Numbered from the stretch's first letter, positions 1 through 10,037 are shown. The stretch is 64,000 nucleotides of DNA from an uncultured Parcubacteria group bacterium (GCA_947084965.1 CAMTUG010000004.1:23490-87489); one strand, 5' to 3'. The notes: a model not told the origin generated them from the sequence alone. Program-made: numbers and translations.

Positions 1-108
1 CCGGGTTAAGGGTCGCGATCACGATACCGATCAAGATGGCGATGAGCGCCATGACGATCAAGATTTCGAGAAGGGTGAAACCTTGAAGGCGTTTTGAGAC
101 GTACATAG
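1..108 (-). CDS. type IV pilin / pseudopilin, N-terminal fragment (runs off the left edge)
   Basis: The reverse complement of 1-108 translates to MYVSKRLQGFTLLEILIVMALIAILIGIVIATLNP, a class III prepilin signal (GFTLLE) followed by a hydrophobic helix. Confidence 0.6.
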
Positions 109-228
109 TGCGTCGGGATTAGTTATCCACTTATTAATAGAACTATCATAGCAAACTTTTTAGAAGATCCATAGCGTTCAAACGAAAAGTTGGGTATAAT
201 TCTTTTATCTCTCTAGGAGGAGAATTTT

Positions 229-1512
229 ATGAAGAAGAAAATAGAAAAGCAAAGCAGCGCTGCCAACCTTGAAGAAATCATCAAGCTCAACATCCAGGAA
301 TCACGAAAATCAAAGACGCTCGAAGGCTTGCAGGACTTAGAACGTGCCACCATCAAAGACGTCGCCGACGGTATCATCCGCTACGCTTATCAGGCGTCCG
401 CGTCCGATGTGCACATCGATCCGGACGAAAGCTATATCGTCATCCGTTATCGTATCGACGGCATTTTGCACGACGTCTTAATGCTCCCCAAAAAGGTCCA
501 TCCGATGCTTCTCACCAGGTTCAAAGTTCTTTCTGAACTGCGCACCGACGAACACCTGGCCGCCCAGGACGGACGCTTCCGACTTATTTTTGATGATTTG
601 CCGATTGACGTGCGCGTATCGATCACCCCGACGTATCACGGAGAAAACGCGGTTATGCGTCTGCTCGTCGGTCACGTCAAGGCACTCGCCCTCGAAGAAT
701 TAGGGTTCGCTGACCGCGACTTGGAAAAGGTCCTGGCTAACATCCGTAAATCCTACGGGATGATTTTGGCGACTGGACCGACCGGTTCAGGAAAAACCAC
801 GTCGCTCTACTCTATTCTTCAGCTGTTGAATACCCGCGAGCGTTCGATCATTACGATTGAAGACCCGATCGAATACGCCGTCGGAGGGATCACACAAATT
901 CCGGTCAACGTCCGTACCAACCTAACCTTTGCCCACGGCTTGCGCTCCATCGTTCGCCAAGACCCAAACATCATCATGGTCGGGGAAATTCGTGACGAAG
1001 AAACGGCAGGGGTGGCTGTGAACGCGGCGATGACCGGGCACTTGCTTTTATCGACCCTCCACACCAACGACGCCGCCGTAACCTTGCCGCGCCTGCTCGA
1101 TATGGGGATCGAGCCGTTCTTAATCGCTTCGACGGTCAATATTGCTATTGGTCAGCGTTTGGTGCGCAAACTCTGCACAACATGCGCGACGCACCGCAAA
1201 ATGACAAAAGAAGAGCGGGAGAGCTTAACCACCTTCATCCCTGCCGACGTCTTGGATGAATATGACACGTTCTACGAACCGGTCGGCTGTGAGGCTTGCA
1301 ATCGCACGGGCTACTACGGCCGCATCGGTATTTATGAAGTGCTAGAAATTTCGGAAGAGATTCGTCGGTTGATTATGAAACAGGAAAATGCGGACACGAT
1401 CCGCAAACAGGCGGTGTCTGAAGGGATGACCACGATGATCGTTGATGGAATTAAAAAAGCCTCTTCCGGGATTACATCGATCGCCGAAATTCTTCGCGTG
1501 ATCCACGAGTAA
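229..1512 (+). CDS. pilB: type IV pilus / T2SS assembly ATPase (GspE/PilB family)
   Basis: Walker A GPTGSGKTT, Asp/His boxes, tetracysteine CTTC...CEAC; AGGAGG RBS 8 nt upstream of the ATG. Confidence 0.9.
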   Translation: MKKKIEKQSSAANLEEIIKLNIQESRKSKTLEGLQDLERATIKDVADGIIRYAYQASASDVHIDPDESYIVIRYRIDGILHDVLMLPKKVHPMLLTRFKVLSELRTDEHLAAQDGRFRLIFDDLPIDVRVSITPTYHGENAVMRLLVGHVKALALEELGFADRDLEKVLANIRKSYGMILATGPTGSGKTTSLYSILQLLNTRERSIITIEDPIEYAVGGITQIPVNVRTNLTFAHGLRSIVRQDPNIIMVGEIRDEETAGVAVNAAMTGHLLLSTLHTNDAAVTLPRLLDMGIEPFLIASTVNIAIGQRLVRKLCTTCATHRKMTKEERESLTTFIPADVLDEYDTFYEPVGCEACNRTGYYGRIGIYEVLEISEEIRRLIMKQENADTIRKQAVSEGMTTMIVDGIKKASSGITSIAEILRVIHE

Positions 1513-1513
1513 T

Positions 1514-2614
1514 ATGGCTAAACAGAAAGTAGAAAAACGCCCTTGGTCAACAAAAGTTTCGCGCTTTGGACGGATCTCTTCAAAAGAACGGATCGCCTTT
1601 TTTAAATACTTGGGCATCATGACCGAGTCCGGAGTTCCGCTCGAAAAAAGTTTGATGGCGATCCATGCCCAGGCTCGTACGCAGACGATGCACAACGCCC
1701 TGCACCTGATGTTGAATGACGTTTCCTCTGGTGAATTCCTCTCAAGCAGCATGGAAAAGATGCCCCAGCTTTTCGATAAGTTAACGATTCAACTGGTCGC
1801 CGTTGGCGAGGAATCCGGAACGCTGACCCAAAGCTTCATTCGCATCAGTGAATACTTGGAAAAATCACGCGACGTGCGTGGCAAGATCCAATCTGCGCTC
1901 CTCTACCCGCTGATCGTGGTCGGCGGCACACTGACGATCAGTTCCTACATGATTTTTGTCCTTCTGCCGCAGCTGCGTCCGCTCTTCACTTCGCTCAAGG
2001 TGACGTTACCATGGACAACGGCGATGCTCTTTGCTTTTTCTGATTTCATCACTGGCTATGGCCTGTGGGTCCTGTTGGCTGGAATCTTGCTCGTCGTGTT
2101 GCTCTTTTTCTTGCACCGCATTGAGTCGGTGCGGTATGTGCTCGACGCCGCTGCATTGCACCTGCCGGTCATCGGCAACCTCATGAAACGCGCCCAGATC
2201 AGCCAATTCTCGCGCATTATCTCAACCCTTATTAAATCCGGGATTACGATCGACGAATCGTTTAAAATTGCCAGCCTCGCGCTCGACAATCGTGTTTATC
2301 AACGCGCGCTGTCCAACATCGCCGGTTCCTTCCAGCAGGGACAATCCGTTTCCGACTATCTGCTTAATAGCCAAGCGCTCTTCCCTCCGTTTGTCAGCCA
2401 GATGGTCAGCGTCGGTGAAGAAACGGGACGATTGGACGAAAGTTTCCGCTACTTGGCCGATTTCTCTGAACGCGAAGTGGACGACGCCACCAAAACGCTG
2501 ACCACCGTTCTTGAACCAGCGATGATGATCTTTGTCGGTTTACTCGTCGGCTTCATCGCCATCTCGATCATCACTCCGATTTATCAGCTGACCCAAGGAA
2601 TTCAAGCTCGCTAG
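1514..2614 (+). CDS. pilC: type IV pilus / T2SS inner-membrane platform protein (GspF/PilC family)
   Basis: 366 aa, two T2SSF-like repeats with TM segments; starts 2 nt after pilB. Confidence 0.85.
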   Translation: MAKQKVEKRPWSTKVSRFGRISSKERIAFFKYLGIMTESGVPLEKSLMAIHAQARTQTMHNALHLMLNDVSSGEFLSSSMEKMPQLFDKLTIQLVAVGEESGTLTQSFIRISEYLEKSRDVRGKIQSALLYPLIVVGGTLTISSYMIFVLLPQLRPLFTSLKVTLPWTTAMLFAFSDFITGYGLWVLLAGILLVVLLFFLHRIESVRYVLDAAALHLPVIGNLMKRAQISQFSRIISTLIKSGITIDESFKIASLALDNRVYQRALSNIAGSFQQGQSVSDYLLNSQALFPPFVSQMVSVGEETGRLDESFRYLADFSEREVDDATKTLTTVLEPAMMIFVGLLVGFIAISIITPIYQLTQGIQAR

Positions 2615-2615
2615 T

Positions 2616-3047
2616 ATGCTGCGCGGTTTTACCCTCATTGAAATCCTGATCGTCATGGGGATCGCCGCCATTCTAGCCGGACTTGCCGCGACCTGGTCCT
2701 TTGATTACGTCCGCTCACAGCGGGTCGAGTCAGCAGCCCGATTCATCCTAGCCGATCTCACCCAAGCCCAAACAGACGCCTACACCCAAGCAAACGACTC
2801 TGCACACGGTGTTCTGATTGAAAGCGACCAAACAACCCGATTTGAAGGCGACAGCTACGCCACTCGTACGGTCTCTGCCGATGTTGTAAATCCGTATCCG
2901 TCACCCGTCACCGTTTCCGGATTAACCGAAGTTGTCTTCCCTGCCGGAGCGCTCGCTCCTGTGGCCGGTGGGGCGATCACCATTTCTAGCGACGACAAAA
3001 CGTTCACCATCACTGTTTCCGATTATGGTTTACTCAGCATCGAATAA
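2616..3047 (+). CDS. prepilin-type N-terminal cleavage/methylation domain protein (pilin/pseudopilin)
   Basis: N-terminus MLRGFTLIEILIVMGIAAILAGLAA. Confidence 0.7.
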   Translation: MLRGFTLIEILIVMGIAAILAGLAATWSFDYVRSQRVESAARFILADLTQAQTDAYTQANDSAHGVLIESDQTTRFEGDSYATRTVSADVVNPYPSPVTVSGLTEVVFPAGALAPVAGGAITISSDDKTFTITVSDYGLLSIE

Positions 3048-4458
3048 AGGCCAGTCCACGATCGAAGTCATGTTTGCCGTAGCTATTTTCGTCATCATGG
3101 CTGTCTCTGTGTTCACGCTCTTCGGGGTGATCCTGACACAAGGCAATCTCGGCCAGGAGCGCCAGCAAGCACGGTCGCTCTTGGCCGAGGGGCTGGAGGC
3201 AACGCGACAGATCCGCAATCAAAACTGGGATGATCTCTCCGTCGGAACGCACGGACTCGCTCTCACCACCCACTGGGGATTTAGCGGATCAGAAGATCTG
3301 ACCGGGATTTATCACCGCAGCGTGACGGTCACAGAAACAAACGATGATGAGCGCCAAGTTGAAGTTGAAATCCGTTGGGAATCAGCGAGCGGCCGTACGC
3401 TCACCGTAAGCGGATCGACGATTCTTAGTAATTGGTTGACCTACGGTTTCACGGTCGCTGGAACGAGCAACTGTGAAGCGTCATCGTCATTCACGGGCGA
3501 CTGGACCAATCCGGTGGCGGTCGGTAGTGGCGATATCGGTCCAGGAAACCAAGGAACGGACGTGGCCGTAGATTATCCGTACGCCTTTATTTCAGGGGTC
3601 GCCGCCAGTTCGTCAAAACCTGACCTCTTTGTCTTTGACGTCAGTAACCCCGCTTCTCCCACGCTGGTCCTCGAAGTAAACACGGGAAGTTCGGGGATTC
3701 AGACCCTGTCGATCGAAGGCGATTATCTCTACGCCGCATCCGCCAACGACAGTAGCGAGCTGATGATCTTTGATATCAGCAATCCGCTTACAACAAGCAA
3801 AATTGGCGGGGCTAACATCAGTGGAAGTGCCGACGGGGCGACGATCATCGCCGGTGAAGGATGGGTCGCCTTAGGCATGACCTCGAGCGGCCTGCATGAC
3901 CTCTTTATTTATGATGTGGGCGATCCTGCCACACCCAGCTTAGTCGGAAGCTTTGAAGTCGGTGCAGGAGTCACCGACCTCGCGGCGTATGAATCCACAC
4001 TCTATGTCGCGACGAGTTATGCCACCGGGGATCTTTTCCTTGTGGACATGACCGATCCGATCTTCCCTGTTTCTCTCAGCACTTATAACGTCTCTGGAGC
4101 CAGTGGCCTGACGGGCGTGGCGTATAACTATCCGAACACCCTCATCGCCGGTGACGGAACGGGTAGGCTGTATATTTTAGACGTCACTGATCCATTGGCG
4201 ATCACCGAAACGGCAAACTACTACACCGGCAGTACGATCAACGATATCTTCTGTGTGGTGGACGACCTCGCCTTTGCCGGCACAACCAACAGCACAAAAG
4301 AATTCTTAGTTCTCGACATCTCCGATTTCGCCGCGATCACCGAAGCGACCTCTATCAATTTCCCGCAAATGGCGACCGGACTCGACTTCGCAGAAAATTA
4401 CGTCTTCATCTCCCTGCGCAGTAATGATGCCCTGCGTATTGTCACTTCAACACCGTAG
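3025..4458 (+). CDS. pilin-like protein fused to an LVIVD-repeat beta-propeller
   Basis: Start taken at the internal Met (MVYSASNKGQSTIEVMFAVAIFVIMAV, a prepilin-like N-terminus). Six LVIVD-type repeats follow: LFVFDVSNP, LMIFDISNP, LFIYDVGDP, LFLVDMTDP, LYILDVTDP, FLVLDISD. Confidence 0.6.
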   Translation: MVYSASNKGQSTIEVMFAVAIFVIMAVSVFTLFGVILTQGNLGQERQQARSLLAEGLEATRQIRNQNWDDLSVGTHGLALTTHWGFSGSEDLTGIYHRSVTVTETNDDERQVEVEIRWESASGRTLTVSGSTILSNWLTYGFTVAGTSNCEASSSFTGDWTNPVAVGSGDIGPGNQGTDVAVDYPYAFISGVAASSSKPDLFVFDVSNPASPTLVLEVNTGSSGIQTLSIEGDYLYAASANDSSELMIFDISNPLTTSKIGGANISGSADGATIIAGEGWVALGMTSSGLHDLFIYDVGDPATPSLVGSFEVGAGVTDLAAYESTLYVATSYATGDLFLVDMTDPIFPVSLSTYNVSGASGLTGVAYNYPNTLIAGDGTGRLYILDVTDPLAITETANYYTGSTINDIFCVVDDLAFAGTTNSTKEFLVLDISDFAAITEATSINFPQMATGLDFAENYVFISLRSNDALRIVTSTP

Positions 4459-4467
4459 CCGGAACGT

Positions 4468-4947
4468 ATGAAAGGATTTCTCCTGGTGGAAACACTCATT
4501 TACACCGCCCTGCTTGCATTGATCACCTCTGTGCTTGCATCGATCTACGTTTCCGGGATGGATACGCGTTCCCTAATTGAAGGCCAACAACGAGTGCTGC
4601 AAACGAGCCAGTTCGTCGAGCAAGCCATCCTTCACCGGCTGGAGCAAGCGACACTCGTCAATGTCCCGTCTTCGGCCGGGGTGAGTGACACCCTCTCGAT
4701 CGACTCCCCAACCGCCGCAGATGATCCGGTCATCTTCGCAATCACCGATGAAACGTTGACCATGACTCTGGGAGCTGGGGCACCGATCGCGTTAACGACG
4801 GATGTTACGGTTCAAGAGTTTACGGTCACCCGCCTGAGCGGTTCACCCGCTTCGCTGAGCATCGAAGTGACGTATCAAACGACGACGTCATCTGGGGCAA
4901 GCCCAACGATGACTTCGACGATCCCCTACACCTTCCGCTATGAATAA
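4468..4947 (+). CDS. minor pilin / pseudopilin
   Basis: N-terminus MKGFLLVETLIYTALLALITSVLA (prepilin-like). Confidence 0.6.
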   Translation: MKGFLLVETLIYTALLALITSVLASIYVSGMDTRSLIEGQQRVLQTSQFVEQAILHRLEQATLVNVPSSAGVSDTLSIDSPTAADDPVIFAITDETLTMTLGAGAPIALTTDVTVQEFTVTRLSGSPASLSIEVTYQTTTSSGASPTMTSTIPYTFRYE

Positions 4948-5332
4948 TCAACGAGGATTCACCCTCATTTTGAGCACCATCATCATCTCCACCGTCTTCC
5001 TCCTGATCGGCATCACCACCGCCAATCAGCTGTTTGGTCAGATAGAAAACACGCTCGGCGGAGAAGACTTTTTTCAGGCCAAAATCCTGGCTGAAGGATG
5101 CGCCGACGCCGCTTTGATCGAACTGTCGTACGACAGCGCCTATAACGGAAACGAAATGCGGACGATCAACGGAGCGTCCTGCACGATCCGTCCTGTAACT
5201 ACCAGCGGGCCTACAGCGACGATCGAAACAGAAGCCGAAGTCAACGACCGCATCTATCGACTCCGCGTCGAAGTTTCCAACACCAATCCCCCGATCACCG
5301 TCTCTTCTTGGCAACGAGTGACAACGTTTTAA
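4940..5332 (+). CDS. minor pilin / pseudopilin
   Basis: N-terminus MNNQRGFTLILSTIIISTVFLLIGI; overlaps the upstream gene by 8 nt. Confidence 0.6.
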   Translation: MNNQRGFTLILSTIIISTVFLLIGITTANQLFGQIENTLGGEDFFQAKILAEGCADAALIELSYDSAYNGNEMRTINGASCTIRPVTTSGPTATIETEAEVNDRIYRLRVEVSNTNPPITVSSWQRVTTF

Positions 5333-5379
5333 CTGGACATTTTTTCTTTTTGCTGTACGGTTCCCTTTAAGGAGGTCCC

Positions 5380-5847
5380 ATGCGCGATGCTGTGCTCGTC
5401 TTTCTTCTGCGGCGACGGTCCGTGGCGCTTGGGCGAAAGCTCAAATACATCGTGGCCGGATACCGCACCAGCGCCGGCGGAAAAATCGAACCGGGCGAAA
5501 CACCCGAACAGGCCGCCAAACGTGAAACGAGTGAGGAGGCCGGCGCTGAAACGCACCTTCTGCTGTACCGCGGGGTGGTCGAGATCGAGAACATCGATCA
5601 CTCGGACTGGAACTGTCGCCTGCACCTCTACATCTGCCGCGAATTCGATGGTGAGCCGACGAACAGCGATGAGATCATCGACTGGCAGTGGTACGACATT
5701 GACAACCTGCCATGGGGCGAGATCCGTCCTTCGGACCGCACCTGGCTCGAGGCGATCCTCGTCCACGACGAGATCGTCGCGTTGCGCTGCGTAGTACAGA
5801 ACAATCAGCTCGTGAGCTGTCAGATCCTCGACGGCCCACTTCCATGA
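5380..5847 (+). CDS. NUDIX hydrolase
   Basis: Nudix box GGKIEPGETPEQAAKRETSEEAG; about 65% GC; GGAGG RBS. Confidence 0.75.
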   Translation: MRDAVLVFLLRRRSVALGRKLKYIVAGYRTSAGGKIEPGETPEQAAKRETSEEAGAETHLLLYRGVVEIENIDHSDWNCRLHLYICREFDGEPTNSDEIIDWQWYDIDNLPWGEIRPSDRTWLEAILVHDEIVALRCVVQNNQLVSCQILDGPLP

Positions 5848-6295
5848 GCTCACCCTTCAAGCGCCGGCGCGGCCACTCCCCGCCGGCTTTGAAATTTTTG
5901 ACCGTTTGGTTCTCCTCGGAACAGAAAAATCTCCAACGTATGTTGAAGATTTTTCTGGTGAACCGAAAGCTAGCTTAACCGAATACTTGGAGAAAAATAA
6001 GGAAAAGCTCGTATTACTTCAGTTTAATTACTCTTTGGCGTAAACGTAGTTTTGAAAAGAAACAGCGCACCCACGGAAGTCGGCGGGCACTCACGTGGGT
6101 GGTGAGCTGTCTCCGCCGCGCGTAGGTGCGCGAGCTAGTATTCGTTGGTAGTGGCTCTCCTGCACGGAACCATCGCCCTTCCGACGAAACAGAGAGTGTC
6201 TTCGTACACCACCTCCTGGATTGGTGGCGATGTCTTGATGCGCTCATCTTCAGCCGTGAGGCCGAGCCAGAGCAGGATGATGACGACGAGCTCCA

Positions 6296-6457
6296 TCACG
6301 TCACCATCTTGGAAGTGGCCGAGACGGCCAGCGCTCGATCGAGGAAGACGACCATGAGCGCGAACAGGATCATGGCCGCCAGGTACTCGATAGGGGTGGA
6401 CGCGTCCTGGGGGGAGATGAGCTTCTCCCAGTACGCGCTGAGCGTGTGAAGCATCAT
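6296..6457 (-). CDS. small single-TM membrane protein (53 aa), translationally coupled to the upstream lipoprotein
   Basis: TGATGATG stop/start overlap; AAGGAGG inside the 3' end of the upstream gene; hydrophobic helix IEYLAAMILFALMVVFL. Confidence 0.4.
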   Translation of the reverse strand: MMLHTLSAYWEKLISPQDASTPIEYLAAMILFALMVVFLDRALAVSATSKMVT

Positions 6458-6918
6458 CACTTCACCTCCTTGTCGATCGGGTAGTGGATGATCAGGGCGT
6501 GCCTGGAGTCGGTCGTGGCCAGGAGGTAGTCGCCCGTCGCGTCCACGACCCACTGCGGGTCGGTGACGTGCGAGCGCTGCCAGGTGCCTCGCTCGAAGCG
6601 AAGCTCCTGTCCCACGTGCATGATCTTGACCCGCCCGTCGGACTCGACCTTCCAGTGTGCGTCTGTCCTGGACATCAGGTTGCATGGCTCGGCGTCGTCA
6701 CACCACTGCCGAAGTTCGACATCGCACGGAGCTCCGTCGACGAGCACTTGATGGACAGGGATGTAGGCCTTGGGCTCGTCGGATCCCGTGCAGCCATTGA
6801 GCAGGCCGATGATGGCGCCTCCCGTCGGCAGGATGACGGCCAGGACGAGCAGACCTCCGCCAAAGAAGTGCTTGGCTACTTCACCCCAGTACTCGATTTC
6901 CCACATGATCCTTTCCAT
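6457..6918 (-). CDS. hypothetical lipoprotein
   Basis: Signal peptide with lipobox LLNGC after an internal Met (MERIMWEI...); high GC; start uncertain. Confidence 0.45.
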   Translation of the reverse strand: MERIMWEIEYWGEVAKHFFGGGLLVLAVILPTGGAIIGLLNGCTGSDEPKAYIPVHQVLVDGAPCDVELRQWCDDAEPCNLMSRTDAHWKVESDGRVKIMHVGQELRFERGTWQRSHVTDPQWVVDATGDYLLATTDSRHALIIHYPIDKEVK

Positions 6919-7085
6919 GCTTGCTCCCAGCGAAGATTTCGCTAGAGGGTCGGCTATCCCAGCCGTAGGGTTCGCTCCGAGGGAGACGACAAAGTAAGAT
7001 AACAACAGCGAAGCGTTTTGTCCAGCGTTTTACTGGATTCTTTTGAAGAAATGCTGGATAATGTGAGTAATTTTATCTTAGCAAC

Positions 7086-7862
7086 ATGAAACTCGGGGAA
7101 AAAACACAAATTACCCTTTTGATCGTCGGCTTCGTGGCATTTTTAGCTGTTGTCGTGTGTTTGTTGGCAAATGGCACCCAGCTTTCAGAGGGATTCAGAG
7201 AATCATTGATCGTTGAGTTGATCGGGGCGGGATTTGTGACTCTCTTCGTTTCTCTTGCGATGGCCTTGATCCAGCACCTTTTTGCGGCGAATGTAGAGAA
7301 GATTAGAGCAAAAAGAGAATCTCTAGCATGGATAGAAGAGATCATGGAGCCAGAATTCAAATCCGAATTTGAAAAGGGTGCCACGCCTTGGAACATGCAC
7401 GAGCGAGAGGATGCGGCGTTTTATTTTCACGACTCGCCCATTAACCGCATATACGACCTCATAATGCGACACCATGAAAACATCGTGAAGTGTGCGGGTC
7501 CAAGTGACTCCATGTTTTTGGCGCGTCTTTTGGAGATCAAACGGATTGTTGAAGCAGGTCGTAGTGTTGGCAGTAAAATTGATCTCGATTTGCGAAACAG
7601 AGTACGTTCGTTTAACAAAAATAGAAATGCAAATTCCGCAAATGACGGGTCGTTGTTTGTATACGCAAGAGCAAAGATTTTTTCCAATCTGACCGAAGCG
7701 AAGATTTTGGAGTATGTCGAATATGGCAATGACCAAATCCGCACGGAGTTTATGAAGACGCTGGACGATAACACGACCAACACCTGGCGTGAGAAAATTG
7801 GAATCTACACCGCCTCTCTCAAAGGCGCGCTATACAAAATGGGTTACCGAGCTGACAAGTAA
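7086..7862 (+). CDS. hypothetical two-TM membrane protein with a cytoplasmic domain
   Basis: Two N-terminal TM helices; AT-rich; first gene of the AT-rich island. Confidence 0.5.
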   Translation: MKLGEKTQITLLIVGFVAFLAVVVCLLANGTQLSEGFRESLIVELIGAGFVTLFVSLAMALIQHLFAANVEKIRAKRESLAWIEEIMEPEFKSEFEKGATPWNMHEREDAAFYFHDSPINRIYDLIMRHHENIVKCAGPSDSMFLARLLEIKRIVEAGRSVGSKIDLDLRNRVRSFNKNRNANSANDGSLFVYARAKIFSNLTEAKILEYVEYGNDQIRTEFMKTLDDNTTNTWREKIGIYTASLKGALYKMGYRADK

Positions 7863-7877
7863 ATTAATGTTGATTTT

Positions 7878-8747
7878 TTATTGTCTCTCAATATTTTTTC
7901 TTTCGTGTTCATCGATAGCAAGATAGATCGCGTCAACCGTAATAATTTTCGCCAATCCTAGATGCCCTTCGATCTTTGCCAAATCACCCTGACTCAACCC
8001 AGCGTTCTCGTCCTTTTCTCTATGCAAAAATTTAGTAACGATTCCAAGTAAGTAAGCCTTCTTGATGGGTTTTGTGCCTTCGATATGCATGAACTGTGGT
8101 TTGCAAAAAACTGGTCCACCGCTATTGCCTGGAAAAACTGGAGCATCCAAGTAAATGATGTTTTGTTTTAGGGATTCTGAATCAAGACGAGCTATCAGGC
8201 CACCTCGGCAAATAGCATAATTCTTTACTTCACCACGTAGTCCTAACGGGAACCCCAGGAAGAATACTTCATCACCCGAACAGAGGCCGACCTCTTCGTA
8301 ATCTTGGGAGCGAAGCGCCGTTTCAGTATCAATAATTTCGACGAAATCTATTCCGTTGTCACGCAATACCCTCGTCTGTATCGGGATAACAGCAACATCG
8401 ATTTCATTCGAAGGAAAACTGAAGTTTGCACCATTAGCCCCCGTGTAGAGAGGCAATTGAAAACTTTGAGTCGTTTCTTCCCCGAGCCGATCAAAACGTA
8501 AGAAAATCTCTTTTTTCTGGGAGGATTGATCGATGCCATTTTTGTAAATGACATGTTTTGCGGTCACAAGGTAGGATTTCACCTCAAATCTTGTATCGTC
8601 GATTTTTTCGATGACCTTACTGAAAAGAAAGCCTGTCCCAATCGGCTGAAGTACGCCAAAGGCATCGGGGTAGTCAATTGAAACCACGCACTTTAGGTAT
8701 CCAGGAGGAAGTAGCGCCATATAATAGACAACCCCAACATTTTGCAA
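7878..8747 (-). CDS. trypsin-like (chymotrypsin-fold) serine peptidase
   Basis: Catalytic triad context TAKHV (His), DVAVIP (Asp), GNSGGPVF (Ser). Confidence 0.7.
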   Translation of the reverse strand: MQNVGVVYYMALLPPGYLKCVVSIDYPDAFGVLQPIGTGFLFSKVIEKIDDTRFEVKSYLVTAKHVIYKNGIDQSSQKKEIFLRFDRLGEETTQSFQLPLYTGANGANFSFPSNEIDVAVIPIQTRVLRDNGIDFVEIIDTETALRSQDYEEVGLCSGDEVFFLGFPLGLRGEVKNYAICRGGLIARLDSESLKQNIIYLDAPVFPGNSGGPVFCKPQFMHIEGTKPIKKAYLLGIVTKFLHREKDENAGLSQGDLAKIEGHLGLAKIITVDAIYLAIDEHERKNIERQ

Positions 8748-8774
8748 TAAAATTCAACAATAATCAACACTTGT

Positions 8775-10037
8775 ATGCGTTTTCCAACAGAAGCCTCCCT
8801 CAGCGATTTGAGTCTCGATAAATTTGGGCATCGAGAACTGGCCAAAAACCTTGTAGCAAATGTTTTTTTGGAGATGGAGCTTCCGAACACCTTTGGCATA
8901 TACGGAAATTGGGGAACGGGAAAATCAACCTTCTTGCAGGCAGTCCAAGGGGAACTTACAAACAATGCAGATGCAAGAGACATACTTGCTATCAGATTTG
9001 ATCCGTGGAAATACGAGTACGCTGATCATATTGATCTGTTTACAGCTTTGATAAGTGATTTCAGAGAGCAGGCTAAAATTCCAAAAACAAATGAGGTTTG
9101 GAATGATCTCACAAGCGCAATGCTTGGCATATCAACTTCTATCTTCAAAAAACTGCTCCATAAAGCAAGTGCAGGGATGCTTGATGTGGATGACATGCGC
9201 GCCGAGGCTAATCTGGCCGCTACGGCATTTCCCGAGGATCAATTTGAACAAGCCGATCTGGTTCAACAACTGCGTGGAAAGCTCAACAATCTCATACAGG
9301 TTGCTCTTACGGAGAACACGAAAAAGCGCGTTTGCATCTTCATCGATGATCTTGACCGATGCTCCCCAGAGCATACAGTTACACTTTTGGAAGCGATAAA
9401 AAACTTTCTACTTACCAGCAACGTACTATTCGTTTTTGCACTGGACCGTCGCATCGTTTCTGAGATGATCGAGAAAAAATATGGTCTGCACTCTGGCTAT
9501 GGGGACGAATATCTAACAAAAATTATTCAGTACTCGCTCACACTTCCCGCGCCAACTCATGAAGGTATTTTGAGCGATATCCTTGCTGATCACCTCATTG
9601 AAATGCCGAAGGACACACAGGGTTGGATTATCAGATTTACCAATAGATTCGCGAATGAAACACGAAAATTCAAACAATTGGTTTACCAGTTAATTACGCA
9701 AGCAAAATTGGGAGGCATTGATCTTTCAAAAGACGCTCCGCTTGATACTACAAGTCTATTCTGTGCTATTTATTTGAAGTCTCGTTTTCCAAAACTTTTT
9801 CATGTCAGTCGAAAAGCGGCTCTTGAAAACATTAAAACCTATGGTTCTATGATTTCGGCTGAAACTGATAATAAGCCAGAAAAAGCTCGTGACTTCGCAA
9901 GTCAGTTGGGCATATCGGGGGAAGAGAGAAAAATATTGACTGAATTGTTTATTTTCCAAATGCCAAACAACAAAGGGCTCATGAACGAGAATCGTCATAA
10001 GCTCGAGGAAGCAGGTTTTTCGAGAATGATCGATTAG
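8775..10037 (+). CDS. KAP-family P-loop NTPase
   Basis: KAP-type Walker A GIYGNWGTGKST (GxWGxGKS) and Walker B FIDDLDRC. Confidence 0.75.
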   Translation: MRFPTEASLSDLSLDKFGHRELAKNLVANVFLEMELPNTFGIYGNWGTGKSTFLQAVQGELTNNADARDILAIRFDPWKYEYADHIDLFTALISDFREQAKIPKTNEVWNDLTSAMLGISTSIFKKLLHKASAGMLDVDDMRAEANLAATAFPEDQFEQADLVQQLRGKLNNLIQVALTENTKKRVCIFIDDLDRCSPEHTVTLLEAIKNFLLTSNVLFVFALDRRIVSEMIEKKYGLHSGYGDEYLTKIIQYSLTLPAPTHEGILSDILADHLIEMPKDTQGWIIRFTNRFANETRKFKQLVYQLITQAKLGGIDLSKDAPLDTTSLFCAIYLKSRFPKLFHVSRKAALENIKTYGSMISAETDNKPEKARDFASQLGISGEERKILTELFIFQMPNNKGLMNENRHKLEEAGFSRMID

